A stretch of 57,096 bases of DNA, filler included, from Circinaria calcarea (Eukaryota): assembly GCA_051942165.1 (NCBI GenBank). It is 6 parts of 6 records of this genome, joined end to end, with 100 filler letters (N's around TTAATTAATTAA, not from the genome) between each part and the next. Parts side by side here need not be neighbours in the genome. Positions count along the whole stretch, not along the records: positions 1 to 9,445 come from JAVECS010000933.1; positions 9,546 to 18,987 come from JAVECS010000934.1; 4 more parts are not named here. One strand, written 5' to 3'. Shown here piece by piece: positions 1-14,072 of the stretch. The notes beneath the pieces were generated by a model. That model was given only the letters and a program-made list of their open reading frames with translations. It had not been told where the DNA came from and did no database searches. Numbering within the stretch: position 1 is the first letter of the stretch; each line of letters opens with the position of its first letter. The position numbers were made by a program, and so were the translations under genes.

Positions 1-758
1 CGAAGTCATGCATCCACAAGAATACATTATCATGGGAAAACTGATGGAAAAGCTTACTGTTCAAGGTGGGCTAAATGAGTTACCGGGTGGGATGCACTCG
101 ATGCATGTAGGGGAGAAGGAGAGTAGGAAAAGAAGTATTCATTCCCTGTGACCGAAGAGATAATTCCCCAAGGGACGAAATTCTTTTCTATGAGCAAGAC
201 AAAATTTTGGCTGCAGGCGAGCTTTGACCGGGGCTTTCACTGTTCCTCGGCGCTTCGACCATTTTCCTTTTTCATGTCTGCCCAGTGCACGGGCATAAGG
301 CGCAATTACGAGCATGTTCAAAGACGTAGCCTGGCCTCACGGCTTGTATTCATTCTGTGCGAGCGGGTATTACTTGTATCGTTTGCGGGAATTATCAGAC
401 ACTGTTTTCAAACCACCGGGTTTTAGGGGTATTGAGACACGGAAATTATAGCTAGCATCCAGCAGCTGTGGAAGATGTGCTCTTAGCACGGTGTATACAC
501 ACAATTATGAACGAATAGGATGGGTATAAAGTTAAAACTCTGGGTGCGCCTGTAGGCAGTGCATCCAAGGAAATTTCCAAGTTATTGCAAGCGAAGTTCC
601 GGTCGATATAGTAGTCTGGTCTCCAAATTCCTCATCGTTCTGTATCAGCACTCCGCGAATCGTGATCTGATAGACATGTACTCCCAGAACGCAAGCTCCC
701 AATGGTCAATGGTCGAACTAATGGATAATTGTCGAGTTCGAAAGAGGCCCTCTCTACG

Positions 759-3447
759 ATGACGCAACCACCGTTGCGATCTCCTTCGCATTTATTACTT
801 CGTCCCAAAGCGGCGGCAACCTCCAGTAGCACTTCTCTCGAGGCACTCGTCACGACGAGTCCACCACCTCATTCACGGGCATCATCTCAAAGCCGGCAAC
901 CTTCGCCCTTGCAGGCTTCTCCGCCCACGGATGTCTCCGACAAAGCTACCTCCACCCTAATTCGACGTGTACTCGTTGCACATTCCCATGGAGGAACTAC
1001 GGAATCCAAACCCATTGACGAACTGTTACCGCCACTGACTAGTAGCAATGATGTTGACCTGCAGCTCTACGCCATTGTTGCGATTGTGGTCAAGGAATTC
1101 GTGGCTAGCTGGTATGGGAAGATTACGCCGGATCAGAGCTTCGTCGAGGAAGTGGTGAGGCTTATCGCCCATTGTACCAGAGCTCTAGAACAGAGGATCA
1201 GGAGCCTGGATCTGGAGATTCTCGTTTTGGACGAGATTCCAGAACTCGTCGAAAGACACATCACCGGTGGGCGATCACCGCGTACAAACCGTTTGATAGG
1301 GCTAGCTGACGAAGGCACTTGGTAGCGTTTAGGGCGAGCCACGAGTTTTTGCGCCGTCCTCCCATTGCTACCCGTCCAGCAACTGTATATCACGCTCTAA
1401 TACCACATCCAGCATTATCACCCGTGCCCGATCCCGATGTCCCGTCCACAATTGGTGAGCAGTCAGGAAATGAAGCAGCCTACAGACAGCTACTCGTCCA
1501 AGGTATATTGGCTGTGCTGCTGCCGGCTGAAGATCTAGTCAATCCCTGTCTGCGAACACTCCTAGCAGATGTCATGGGGGAGATGGTACTGGGCAATGGT
1601 GTTGGCGGTAAGGCATGTGAAGGTTGGCTGATTTGGGAAGGCATCACGAAGGTTGTGATGAATGTCAAAGCGCGAGTCACGCCGAAAGAGAGCAGAGGAG
1701 AGACCGTACTCGACGGGAGAAGTCGACTGGAGAAGTTCGGGCTATTGTCGGAGAAGGATGAAGAGCCAAAGCCACAGATGGACCGAAGCAGGTCACCGGT
1801 CGTGTCGAAGATTATCTGGCGCTTCCTTCAGTACGGTTATTTGATTTTCACAACCATCCGGTTTATCGCCGTCGGCTTCGTGACAGCATCCTCCGGTCCG
1901 TCGCGCTCTCCTCCCACGTCCAGCGCAGCGAATCAAGACGTCATTCCAACGAAAGAGAGAGCCAAAGCGCGAGCATCCAAGCGCCCAATCCTGACGGGTA
2001 AGATCTTCTCGCTGATATCCCTCATCCTCGGCCTATCTGAGCGCATGCCGTGGCTATGCGGGTCATTGTCTCTCGTCCAATATCACCTCATCCACAGCGC
2101 ATTTAAGGTGGGCGCCACGGACGGCCTTCTTGACAAGTAAGTGACGAGTCCTTTGATCCTGCCCTCCCGTTGGCTGCGAAGCTGCATGCGGGCGTTCCGT
2201 CCTCGCATGAGCTTTTGGTCACTTGACCTGGTATTGTCTGCATGCATGCGCCAATGAAAGATACGCTTGTCGTATCCTTGTCATGACAGCGCGGAGCGGC
2301 ATCGTTTTAATGCATCTGCATCCCGGCCTGGCTCGTTACCATAGCGCCGCCGGCTTGCATCTGATAAAACCCACGAATTCCTTTTGGCGACCACACGCCT
2401 CGATCATCCTGCGCCGGATAAACTCAAATTCCCGTTCGGGTCGAAAGTTCATTTCCCCAACTCTGCTCCTTTCTCCCATCGCTGACCTCGCTTGGGGATG
2501 CTCACGGTACATCCGACCATCTGGAATACATCGCACATGTGCAACGTTGAGCTCCCACGATTTCTGTTGCACTGGGCCGACTTTCCCATCGGAGCTGTTA
2601 TGAAACGTTGTTCTGCGACCTTGTTCCTATCCAGCTAACCTCGCCTTACGAAGCCATTGATCTTGATGTGCGCAGACCCACTTGCATAGAGACTGTCTAC
2701 TCCCTGTCCTCGCGCATCCTCTTCCTCGTCCTATCATATCTACTCGTCAAGCTTTATACTTTAACATTTTCTTAAGATCTTGCCTGCGTCTCGGGCTGTA
2801 CATCGACTTCCGATTTGATTCTTTTTGGCCACTCCATACAACACTTGCTCACCCGGCATGACCCGAAATCTTGCCGGCCTTTATCAGAGCCCAGCGTTTG
2901 CCTCGGCGTTGTCTGCTGCTCGTGGAACCTCACTAATTGATACACTTTACCGCCTAGATTCCTCCATCACCTCGTCACAACGCATGTTCTCCGGCCCTCT
3001 TTCCTCCCACCCCTTCTTCTCACCCTTCGAACCTCCATCTTCCCTGCAAATACCCTCGCTCCTGCTCGACCTATTCCATCGCCCGCGCAACAAGCAGCTA
3101 TAAAAAGGATTTGCGCCTTAGAAATTATTAGCTGCATCCCGGGCATGGTGGGAAAGAGATTCTTACTCGGGTCTTCCCGTGCACATCATCATGATAAGGT
3201 GTTGGTCACAAATAGCCAGACAGGAGATGGTGAGTTGCCGGTAGCAGAAGATGTTAGGATAGCAGAGCTAGATGACCGAGAAATCATGATCAAGGAGTTT
3301 GAGGCCGTGCTAGACGTTTTTAGCGATTCGTACTGTAATAAACATCTCATCTATGGACTACTCGAGCTGGTGCTTGTCAGGCTGGTACCTGAAATTGGAG
3401 AAAAAGGCGTCAAGCAGTTGATGGAGGAAAGGTTAGGGGAGGGATGA
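759..3447 (+). CDS. PXA (PX-associated) domain protein with Nexin_C-like C-terminus; 3 exons (759-1266, 1326-2136, 2958-3447)
   Basis: Motifs LLPPLTSSNDVDLQLYAIVAIVVKEFVASWYGKITPD and LDVFSDSYCNKHLIYGLLELVLVRLVPE are typical of fungal PXA proteins. GT..AG introns at 1267-1325 and 2137-2957 join the ORFs in frame. Confidence 0.85.
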
Positions 3448-6400
3448 GATGGGTGAGGCCGGATAAGAGGCATATCTCTTCAGGTCGTTCCATGTGTTTA
3501 CTAAGTATGAGGTGGTGTGGTACATGAAGGGATTCCCCTCGATATATATACTGAGCCATTCTTCAGTCCACCCTCTTCATTCCTGCAACAAGACACTATT
3601 CAAACCCAAGTATACATAGGTAATTTATAACCGATCAGCAGCTTTGCATTGGTCCCGTTCAGGCGCAATCCTTATCTAACTTTAGTGGCCTTTCCTTGAT
3701 GTGATCCACCTCCACTTATTGTGGTAAACACATTTAGGTTTACGTGCTGCGAAATACCAAGGTACTCGATCAGAGGTCTCTGATTGGCTAGAAGCAGCCA
3801 AGTATACTAGCAGCCACTGTCCCATACAACTTTCCCGAGAATTCAGTCAGGTTTTGAAGAGCATTATTCAGCCAGGATGCTGCCAGTTCACACAGGTCGA
3901 AAACAAGTGCCTGCTGCCTGATTGGCTTTCTCTCCCGTGACTTTCTCTCCTCCCTCTGCCGCATCGTATACTCCAGTGCTATTTGACTGACACCTCTCTT
4001 TTCCTGGGAGATCGCATTGTGCCTGCCCTCCATCTCGCTTGGTCGTTAAGTTCGCGTTGAAAGCAGTTGCTTTGCGAAATTATCGCTTCTGATCTTATTC
4101 CATTTAGCAGCAGTGGTTCAGCCGGTAGGGGCTTCTCCTTTTGCCCAGGCGTGGGCAGGTTCAAACCGGTACAGTTTGGTCGTACGGTCGGTTCTACATA
4201 GCCACTTTTACGATCATGTGAGGCTTAGCACAGAACTGGAGTTCAGCTAATCGCTCGCGGTGCAGGCCTTGCTCTTGGTGCTCTGTTCTCTTTAGGTAAG
4301 ACTGGACAACCACACGCTTTAGGAATTGAACGCCTTCGCATGAGTCGAGCGAACTGATGGCTGAGGTATAATGAGAAGGGAGACGAGGCTACATGGAGAG
4401 TGGAATTTACCTCCCGAATTCTTGACCTTGAAATCCTAGGGCAGCTTTTAGTGCCGGTGGTGGAGAGAGAAGACGCCATGGTGAACTACTTTTCGACAGA
4501 CGTTGCCGGAATAATCATTGGCTACCACAACCAAACTCTTTCCAAAACACATCGCGCTACAATTCCGCGTTTAGATTTGTGTGTTTTATGGAAATCTTGC
4601 GGTCAAAAAGTGGCCTAGCAGAGCTACCTGGGCAATGTCTTGCGAGAATCCGACTTTACCACGAGCTCATGGATCCTTATGTGAGTCCGCTGAATTATGC
4701 TAGGGAAAAAAACCATGCGAAGTCTTTCATAGGATCACCAGACAAGTTGAAGCTCTTCAATTCACCATCAGTAAAACCCTGCCAGGCCCTTTTTCCCGCA
4801 CGCGTGTTTGGACACAGTACACGGCTTGCTATCGGAAAACTCGACTGATGGTGCCTTTAACTTTAAAATGTCCGACGCACAAAATGTATCCTTTTCTAAA
4901 TTTAAGTGCCATTAGAGCTGTCATGGTCGGTCCAGGCCGGGTGGCGCTGCAGTGACGATATGCTAATGCCATATGCCTTTTGTGGACAAACGCCGGAATG
5001 TCAAGGCTGCTACTTATACTATCAATCGTTACTAGCTTACTGCGTCTGGCCACAGCAAGGTCGATTTCCCAAGTATCGAACCTCATCCGTCAAGCCACTG
5101 GATTCCCATATCCTAAGACGGAACAGATGTCTGCCTTGCTGCTCTGAAGCTGCTTTATGCAATAGGGAATCAAAATGCCGAAATCCGCTGCCAGAAAACT
5201 GACCGACAACCATGGCTTATATAGCCTATATCCTAATGAAATGGTGAAGGTGAAATGATTCTTTTCGGTTCTGGTTGTATATTCCTTTTCCTAGCCGGGG
5301 GAAAATTTGCACAATACTGATTCACTGTCGAATAGTACCAACCTTTCGCGCAAAGGGCGAGAACAGACAGGGCAAACACCACGAACCCCCTAATTAGGCT
5401 ACTTTTGGCAAAATGATAGCAAGCACCGATCTGAAAGGCATCGATCGGGAGTAACGTCACCGGAATAAGGGAAAGAAATCACCGGAGAAAGGGTATGAAA
5501 TGGCTGGAAGTTCAAACGTACAGCGTCTTTCGTCACTGGCATATGACATCAAAAACAGCAAACTACATCAACTCCCAACTCTTCCATCTTGATAAATGCG
5601 TTCCGACTGTTAGAATGTGTCAGCACGCCCTGCTAGTAATGGGCTAATGCCGATGCTGCGCGTATCGGGGTTACGTTAAGGGGCTCAGGGTCCAGTGGGC
5701 ATGCCCTGCATTCTTACTATTTCACAAGCGCTTTTTCTACATTCTTTTTTCTTACTATTAAATCAGTTAATCTTTCCACATTGTAACATCCATATGTATA
5801 TACGCGAGAACTACAATCAGATTCAGCGATACACATGTTATAAGCATCTCCGAGTTGGAAAATGTACTGATACCGTCAGCACAGAGAATGGGCGTTATGC
5901 TTTGTGGCGTGTTTCAGTTTTGAAGGTTTATGGTTTCCTTGGGTTTTGGATACTTTCTTTGCTTGTTTTGTCTTTTAGTTATCAATACCCCTCTTTTTGA
6001 CGCACATCGTTCAGCTTCTCTCTGTAACCCAGCCCTGTAGACGTTAACAGTGCGGCTGAAAACATAATGCTTGAAAAAATTTGTACTTTTTGCCGCGGCC
6101 GAGAAAATTCCATTTGAATATGCAAGAATTGAAGAAGATCGATTGGCTTTTCATATATCGGAACGAAGGGGTTGAAAATTTATTTATTACTGATCTTAGT
6201 CACCGTTTCCTCCAAGTCCATGCAAAATAACTCTATTTATTCAACAACTTTCTTTTTTTATCATCTTCATAATTGTTTCTCTACCGGGTCAGACATGCCA
6301 TCCTTAATAAACTGTCATAACCAGGTACACTAGACGTGCTAACAAATGTCTTATATACCTTCCTTACTACATTGTTTTTTTCTCCTCGGCTATCTCCTCC

Positions 6401-7287
6401 CAAGCAAAACACGGCTTGGTTTTTACCACTGGAATCTATTGCAAGCCCGTACGAGAAAGGAATGCGGGCCCATGAGAATAAAATCGCGAAAGCTTACTGC
6501 TCGCTATATCACTATAAGTAAGTATTTAGATTATCAGGTTGAAATTCAAAGGGAGGCAGACAAGCTGCCTTTTGGGAGAAATTCGGACAGGAGAGAGATT
6601 TTGTTTGTACCTTTGACTTATGGCGGCCCTATCTGGAAGAAAAACCCTAAGACTGGTGGTAAGCTTTCACTCTCGCATCTTTTTTCCCCGGTGGATAAGT
6701 CTTATTGGTTTTCTTCGGAGATGTTCGAACAAAGAAGCATAGGGGTAGGACACCATCTCCAGTATATTAACAGCTAATAACAAAATATTGCATCTAAACA
6801 CACTCTAGCTAAGTAAGCCATTGGATTATGTAACCGTAGGTGTGCATTAACTTAATCGAAATGATAAATAATGACGAAAAAGAACTTCGTTCAGGCCACA
6901 TTTGAATGGAAAAGTTAATACCATCATACCTCTTCTCGCTTATGCAAGCCTATACATGGAGGCCAAGTTGAGAATAAGATGGGAGATAGCTAAAATGAAT
7001 TGGTGGACGATGAATGAGGAAGGCACCTGCACTAGCACGGTTCAAGGACGTGCCAATAGAAGAATTTATTGGAAAGCATTAGGGCTTACCGAGTCACCGT
7101 GTTATGGTAACACGAGATCCATGCTCAACACTTCCTGCACATCTTTTAAAAGCGGTTTTCCTCTGTACGCTGCTTAAGATAGTTACACCACTCAGATAGC
7201 AATACATGCATGCCACCACACATGCTGCTCAACAGAATTAAGTGGCTGCCTCGGATCTGCTTGGAGTGAGTAATGAATTGGAGTATT

Positions 7288-8330
7288 TCAGCTGTGTGAT
7301 AGAGTCTGCTTAGATTCTGAGGCTAAAAGCACAAAGCTCACACCCAATTTTTCGGGTTCACTGATTTCCGGATGCAAGTTGCTCTTCTTCGTGCACTGCA
7401 AGTACTTCATGATTCGAAGTGCCCGTTCAAAGATCCTTGGCGTATAAGCAGAGGGTGACCCATAGATGCTTTGGTGGAGAGGCATAACCCAAATTCGGCA
7501 CTCTATTGCGCCAATTGCGAGTGGGATGAACCAACAATATCGCCATAGCATCTTGCATCATAACATCGTCGCATGGCTAGCAATGTGTTGCGATAGATCA
7601 CCTTCTGTTCTGGCTCCTTCTGTGCCTTGGAGAAGATTGAGTGGTCGAGAGCCTCGAACTCTTCCATACTTCGACAATATCCGTGCCTAGTGTTTCCAAG
7701 TCCGTGCATGGCTCGACACCGAGATGTAAGCTCTGTCAGAAGACTATCGTTACCCGTTCCCGGTACTTCGAATTCTGTCTCGACAACCCTCTCGTTAGGC
7801 CCTCCGATAATCGGTAGCTTCTTTCGTCTCTAAACATTTGGCTAACGTCACAGGACCTGCTGGTGATAACGATCTGCAAATTCACCAAAACCAAAGGTCC
7901 CACGATGTGGTAGGCATGCGGAGCTTCATCGAATATGCTATGGCTGACTCGAAGTAATGCTGATGCAAATCTCAATGAATGGTGACCTGTATATGGCAAC
8001 TCTCTCCCTGCCAGAAATGCGAGCGTAGACCCAGAACCGGATTTTGGGGGTTAACGAACGCCGTTAATAGCATAATGTCCGGGCCATCTTTGTCATCTTG
8101 GCTGTCAGTATCCTCTGCTGCACTAGCACGTCATAACAGTTGCAGGATTAACGAAATGCCAACGACACATGTGTAGATTGTGACTATCCTGTAACCACAG
8201 CCAATACTGCTCTTGTGGTCTCTGAATGCAGTAATTATGGAATAATAGACAGGGAAACACCGTTTAAAACACCTCGCCGGAGCATTTGCCAAGAAAAAGA
8301 TGGTGATTTTGGTAGTGGCATGACATGGGA
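7288..8330 (-). pseudogene. Fragmented fungal hypothetical (F-box-like) gene relic
   Basis: Short ORF pieces in shifting frames, one with SALLRVSHSIFDEA, which resembles the ALLRVxRxIYxEA motif of fungal F-box-like proteins. No continuous frame. Confidence 0.35.
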
Positions 8331-8941
8331 CGTAGAAGCAGTCAATCAGTTCCCAGCCCCCGCAAGTAGAAGCACACAAGTCCCAAATATCTGCAAAGCA
8401 AGCAAAACTCGATCAAAGGTTTAGGGATCTGGGGTTGAGGTATATCATCCGCTCAAAATGATTACTTGGAATAGGTTTAGAAAAACTCTGACCGGAGAGA
8501 AGGAATTAGAGCTTGCTTCCGTAAAGACTCTAAAGCGGGGAAATTTGAAAAAACATAGACGGGGGTTGCGACAAAGGACAAGGCGAGGTCGAATTTCTTT
8601 GCAGAGGGAACGGTTATGTTCTACCTAGCTGCCTTCATTATGTGCCCTATTATCTCATTACAGGTATATATTTCTATTGCTAATCTATGCCTAGAGGAAC
8701 GTCTTGACCTTCCGACACAAGAACGCCTAGGTGCAGCAACTGCGCTTTTATGCCCTGATGTGGACGCCAAAGGCAAGGCACAGGTAGGTGGAAGAATTGG
8801 CTGGTAGTGGCGTACGGGGTTCATGTTGTAACAATCAAAGAGCCAAGTGTGCGGATTCGCAGGAAGACGATGAAGGATTATCTAAGTCTCTCCGCCCTGT
8901 TCCAAGGAACCCAGACCCATAGAAACCATGCAACTTACGCC

Positions 8942-9445
8942 TTATGTTGACGTTTGCATGATGTCTGAAATGCTGCTAGCCGCCGTGGTTGCGAAATACC
9001 TCACATCAACATCTTCGTCCTGCTGCAGCTTTTCAAGGTTGGGAAGTATTTGCTGCTGTATGAGTTCATGGCTTTTCGATGAGGGACCACCAGAATACCC
9101 CGACTTTTCCATTGATAAAATTGTCCCTTCGGCAGGTAAGCGCTTGAGGACTTCGATGAGGACCGCGTAGGATTTAGCAACGTTGAACCGAATGTTTGGG
9201 ATATCGTCCGCAACCAGCCTATCCATCATTGGTAGGATCGACGTTTCAATAACCTCCAGATTTATTGCAGGTGCCAAGGTCTATCGTTCATTAGCTAGGA
9301 AGAACATTAAACGTAGGTTACTAACAGATATTGCGAAGCATGTGGTCATTCTATATAGGTAGTTTGGATGTTGGCCCATCGCCATAACCTTGGGAATGAT
9401 TGCCTCGCTTGCCCATTCCACTCCGAATACCTCGGTGAGCTTCTT
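8942..9445 (-). CDS. TPD3: Protein phosphatase 2A scaffold (A) subunit, C-terminal part; 5' end cut by contig edge
   Basis: HEAT-repeat text [48 protein letters not shown]. One short intron at ~9281-9327. Confidence 0.92.
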
Positions 9446-9545
9446 NNNNNNNNNNNNNNNNNNNNNNNNNNNNNNNNNNNNNNNNNNNNTTAATTAATTA
9501 ANNNNNNNNNNNNNNNNNNNNNNNNNNNNNNNNNNNNNNNNNNNN
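9446..9545. other. Artificial contig linker (N-TTAATTAATTAA-N)
   Basis: 100-nt spacer carrying a 12-mer that places stops in all frames. The identical spacer recurs five times. Confidence 0.97.
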
Positions 9546-10730
9546 TACTCGCCTCTCAACTTCACTGTAGCTCATCTTGTCTTTCGGTCTCCCCGACCGC
9601 GTGAACCTTTCATAGACGTGTATTTTGCACCTCCGGGCTGCTTCGGCCCAGTACTCTCTCGAGTTGGCCTTCATGCCGAGCACATCCAGCGCCGCAGTCA
9701 CGTCTTCCTTCCTGACAACACGTCGACGCGTATAGCTACCGGTATCTGAAGCTCTGAGTCTAGACATGGCAAAGTACAACGCTGATTGAACCAATCGTTT
9801 GATGATGCTATTGACTAACGCGTGGAAGTCTAGGAAAGCCGTGCAAAAGATAGAAGGCGATTCTCCGTTATCTGTGTAGTGGCTCCAGTTACTTTGCATG
9901 TCGGACGAGTTCATAAACACACGCTTGGAAAGTTCAAGGAAATTGGCCAGCTTCAAAAGCTCTAGGGCACTATGTAGCTGAGTGGGCTTAGCTATATCTC
10001 CATCATCACTCGTATTGCCTTGCTCGAAATGTCCTGTTGCCTCTTGGTTCAGTAACCAATTCTCACCGTGCCTCCGTTTCTCAAGCTTTGCCTCACGATC
10101 CAATTGCTTTACTGAGAGACCGTAGGCGTCCTCATCCAAGACTTTCTCGCATTCTGGACCGACTTCAAATGCGGCAGGCAGATCTGCCTGTCCCAATAAT
10201 TCGTGATGACAATGATGTAGATGGTGCTCTATCGTTGCCTGATACAGTAGCTGTGTGTAAACATGGACCTCAGACTCCGACTTGGTTTGCACGGCATCTG
10301 CAATACTCCGCAAATCATGTCTGCCTTTTCTATCTAAGGTGGCAAAGAAGGCTTGTTTCTCTTTGGCTGACCAACTCGTTACGCCGATTTGGCTTGCCAT
10401 CAGGGGCTCCTCTCCGATTAGGTTAACCCGGTCTCCAGCTTCAGAGATGACTTCGTTCAACAGTATACGATACGCATCGCTATAATTCAGTCGGCGTCGC
10501 TTCGATCGAGCCTTGGAACCTTGACCACTGCTCTGCCTTCTCTTCTTGTTCAATAGGTTCAAACTTTTGGTACCGGTACCCTCTTCGCTTGACTCGGGAC
10601 TTCCAGAACCGACAGAGATAGCCTGAGGCGAGCTTGGTCCGCAAGATGAGTTTTCACTCAGTGGGTCATGGGCGATACAAGCAGCCGATTTCTCCTCTTC
10701 TGATGGAGCATGTTCTTCGGTATCGTCCAT
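9546..10730 (-). CDS. RRN5: RNA polymerase I upstream activation factor subunit Rrn5-like (SANT/Myb-like plus histone-fold-like); 3' end truncated
   Basis: SQIGVTSWSAKEKQAFFATLDRKGRHDLRSIADAVQTKSESEV..PAAFEV and a C-terminal VRKEDVTAALDVLGM segment typical of Pezizomycotina Rrn5. Confidence 0.75.
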
Positions 10731-10991
10731 GTTGAATGAATGTGGGTTTGTAACCCCATTTTCAAGGGAATCTTTTTACTTCCCTTGCCGATTGATAGAA
10801 AAAATCAGGTGTAAACTAAACATTTGTCTAGATATTGCACTGGCACTTAGCAGGTGAACGACTTGACTTACATCTTAAACGGTGCATTTCGTTATGAAGG
10901 ACTCCCGCAAATCCCAATAAAGTTATCGGCGGAAATTCAGCCCTATGCCCAAGGATCTTCATGTTGCACTTCTTGACACTTTAGACAAAGC

Positions 10992-13105
10992 ATGCCAGCA
11001 GTCTATCGCACTGCTTCCCAACTTTGTAGGTCCATCATAACTTGTCAGTACAGAACTGCGCCGTTACGACGAGGGATTGCAACAGCCAAATCTGCATTTC
11101 CGAATAAAGCAGCTCCTGCCTACGGTGTTCCTACTGAAGTTAAGTTACGGGAGTATCAGGAAGAATGTATTCAATCTGTGCTCTCATATCTAAAGAAAGG
11201 CCACAAGCGATTGGGAGTGAGTCTAGCTACGGGTAGCGGCAAAACGGTAAGAGAGCGTCAATTCTGGGAGTCTCTAGCTAACTGTTCCAAAGGTTATTTT
11301 CACCCAGCTCATTGACCGCGTTCCACCTCCGAGGCAGGATGCTCAGCAGACCCTTATCCTTGTTCATCGTCGAGAACTCGTCGAGCAAGCCGCTCGGCAT
11401 TGCAGCAATGCCTACCCTTCCAAGTCCATTGAGGTAGAGATGGGTAATATCCATGCGACTGGGGCTGCAGATATCACAATCGCCTCCGTAAGAAGTCTAC
11501 TTTCAGGAGATCGAATGCTGAAATATGACCCCGAGCACTTCAAATTGGTGCTTGTAGATGAAGCCCACCACATTGTTGCTTCGGGCTACATGGAAGCACT
11601 ACGGTACTTTGGCCTGATGGAACCCGATGAGCGTTCTCCAGCGCTGGTCGGCGTTTCGGCGACATTTTCAAGATTTGATGGTCTCAAACTTGGTGCGGCA
11701 ATTGATCACATTGTATATCACAAGTTGGTTTCCGCGCGCATACGTATCTGATAGGTTCATACTTATTTTGCTTAGGGACTATGTAGATATGATTGGCGAA
11801 AAATGGCTTTCCAACGTTGTCTTTACGACGGTCGAGTCCAAGGCTGACATCTCGAAGGTGAAGAAGGGTTTGAATGGTGACTTTCAAACTGGCGACTTAT
11901 CCAAGGCCGTCAACACCAACGAGACAAACGAGATTACTGTTCGAGCGTGGCTAGCACGTGCACCAAGTCGAAAGTCGACGATCGCGTTCTGCGTTGATCT
12001 TGCCCACGTGTTCAGTCTTCAGGCTACGTTCCAGAAGCATGGAATCGACGCCAGGTCCATTACCGGTGACACCCCGAAGCAACTCCGTGATAGACAACTA
12101 GATGCATTCAAGCAGGGCGAGTATCCTGTACTGCTCAATTGTGGGGTTTTCACAGAAGGAACCGACATTCCGAACATTGACTGCGTCTTACTTGCACGAC
12201 CGACCAAGTCTCGAAATCTCCTCGTGCAAATGATTGGCAGGGGTATGCGCCTCTATCCCGGCAAAGATAATTGCCATGTCATAGACATGGTAGCGTCCCT
12301 CGAAACTGGCATCGTTACGGTTCCCACCTTGTTCGGTCTCCACCCTGCGGAACTAGTCAAAGAAGCCACTGTCGGACAGCTTCAAGATTTACGGGGGCGT
12401 AAAGAGCTTGAAGCTCAGCGACAAGAGCTCCAAGGCGGCCTCAATCCGGACGCATTACTAGGGGAAAAGCCGCTCGACCGCAAGATTACATTTACGGACT
12501 ACGAGTCTGTATATGATTTGATCGATGACACGTCTGGGGAGCGCCACATTCGGGCGATCAGCCAGAACGCATGGGTTGAAGTCCAGCAAGGTCGATACAT
12601 CTTGTCCATGCTTGAGGGCGAGTACTTGACGCTTGAGACCATTGAAGGGAGCGCCGACTCCGTTGCGACTTATGTCGTTCGATTAACCCCCCGAGTGCCA
12701 AGCAGCACCGCGATAAAGGGAGAATGGCGACCTTTCCAGCGCACCAGGGAACTTGCAACGGCTACGACGTTCATGGATGCAGTTCACGCCGCCGATACGT
12801 TTGCTTCAGGACATTGTGTCCGGCAGTTTATGGACAAAGATCAAGCATGGCGGAAGGCTCCTGCGACAAGCGGGCAACTGGCTTTTCTCAACAAATTGAG
12901 AAGCGTCAAGGATCAGCTGACGGCCGATAGCATCACCAAGGGCAAAGCCGCGGACATGATTACGAAGGTCAAGTTCGGTGCCAAAGGGCGTCTCGACACG
13001 ATGAAGAAGACGAAGCGCATGATGACGAGATTGGACGAGAAAGACGCACAACTGGCTGCGCTGCGACAACGCGAAAAGGTCCACGTTGGCCCAGTGCCGA
13101 ACTGA
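10992..13105 (+). CDS. IRC3: Mitochondrial SF2 DNA helicase Irc3-like; 2 introns (~11247-11292, ~11723-11777)
   Basis: [36 protein letters not shown] and QMIGRGMR helicase motifs. Arg-rich N-terminus resembles a mitochondrial presequence. Confidence 0.9.
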
Positions 13106-14072
13106 GACATGAGCTCGGGGCGGTCGAATAGCCCGCTAATTTCTCGGCTTCTTCACGCCCGCGTCTAGATGGCCGTACGCTTTGATGAAAATGTAAGAAT
13201 AGTATTCAGGTGGTGACTTTGATCTGATCCCCACGTGCCCTGGACGATTCCGCGTCATGGATGAGCATCCCGAGCTCTTTGACTTTGAATCGTACATGCA
13301 GTCCATGTTTCAGCAAGTCGACCTACGACTGTCTTCCTCCGTAGTGTAATTCCGCGTAATCGTTACATCAGTTCCGTTGAACCCGGCAAGCCATACGGAG
13401 TGCCCACCAATTCCTTTCACTACCGACAGGACTGAGGGCTGGAATATGACTGTATCGTGACTTTTGTCCCTACCAAGGACCGGATGAACTTGAAAGTGGC
13501 ACTGTCTCATGGCATTTATTCAGAAGCACATGGAGCACCCCCTTCGTACTACTATTGCCCATCGCTGGGAACGCTTCACCACGCCAGCCAGTCAAACAGT
13601 GTACCGGGTTTTGGCATTTCCCCCAACCTCCTCTTTAACTTAGCACAGCTTAGGCTGCACCAAAAGTAGTTCGCGCCTGCGGTCGCTCGATAAGAGAATG
13701 GGACGGCCTCTTCGGCTGATAAGTAAAAAGCTTGACTTGAGGGTAGTGCCTGCTAAGTACTTTTGACGGCTGCACCGCGTGTATCATCGCCTCGTCTGCT
13801 TTCTGGGGATCCGACTACCTACGCTCGTTCATGTATGTATCAACTGCGAGGCTGAAGTTCTGTTTGCGGGAGGCGGCGTCAGAATTGCCAACGGTGGCGG
13901 AGAGATCACCTTTCACGCTCGTTTCATAGCGTCGCCAATCCTATACCACCCCCCATCCTTGCCGCGGGAACCTTCTTCACCTACCTCGTCCTCGGCCCTC
14001 CCCAGGTTAGTTTACCCAAACATCATTCCCTAGGTGGGCAAAATCATTGGATGCGGTCGGTCGTCAGATTCA

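Noticed and set aside
3788..7177. Scattered 60-140 aa ORFs, possibly gene relics
   Set aside because: No recognisable domain or consistent frame, so no call can be supported by eye.
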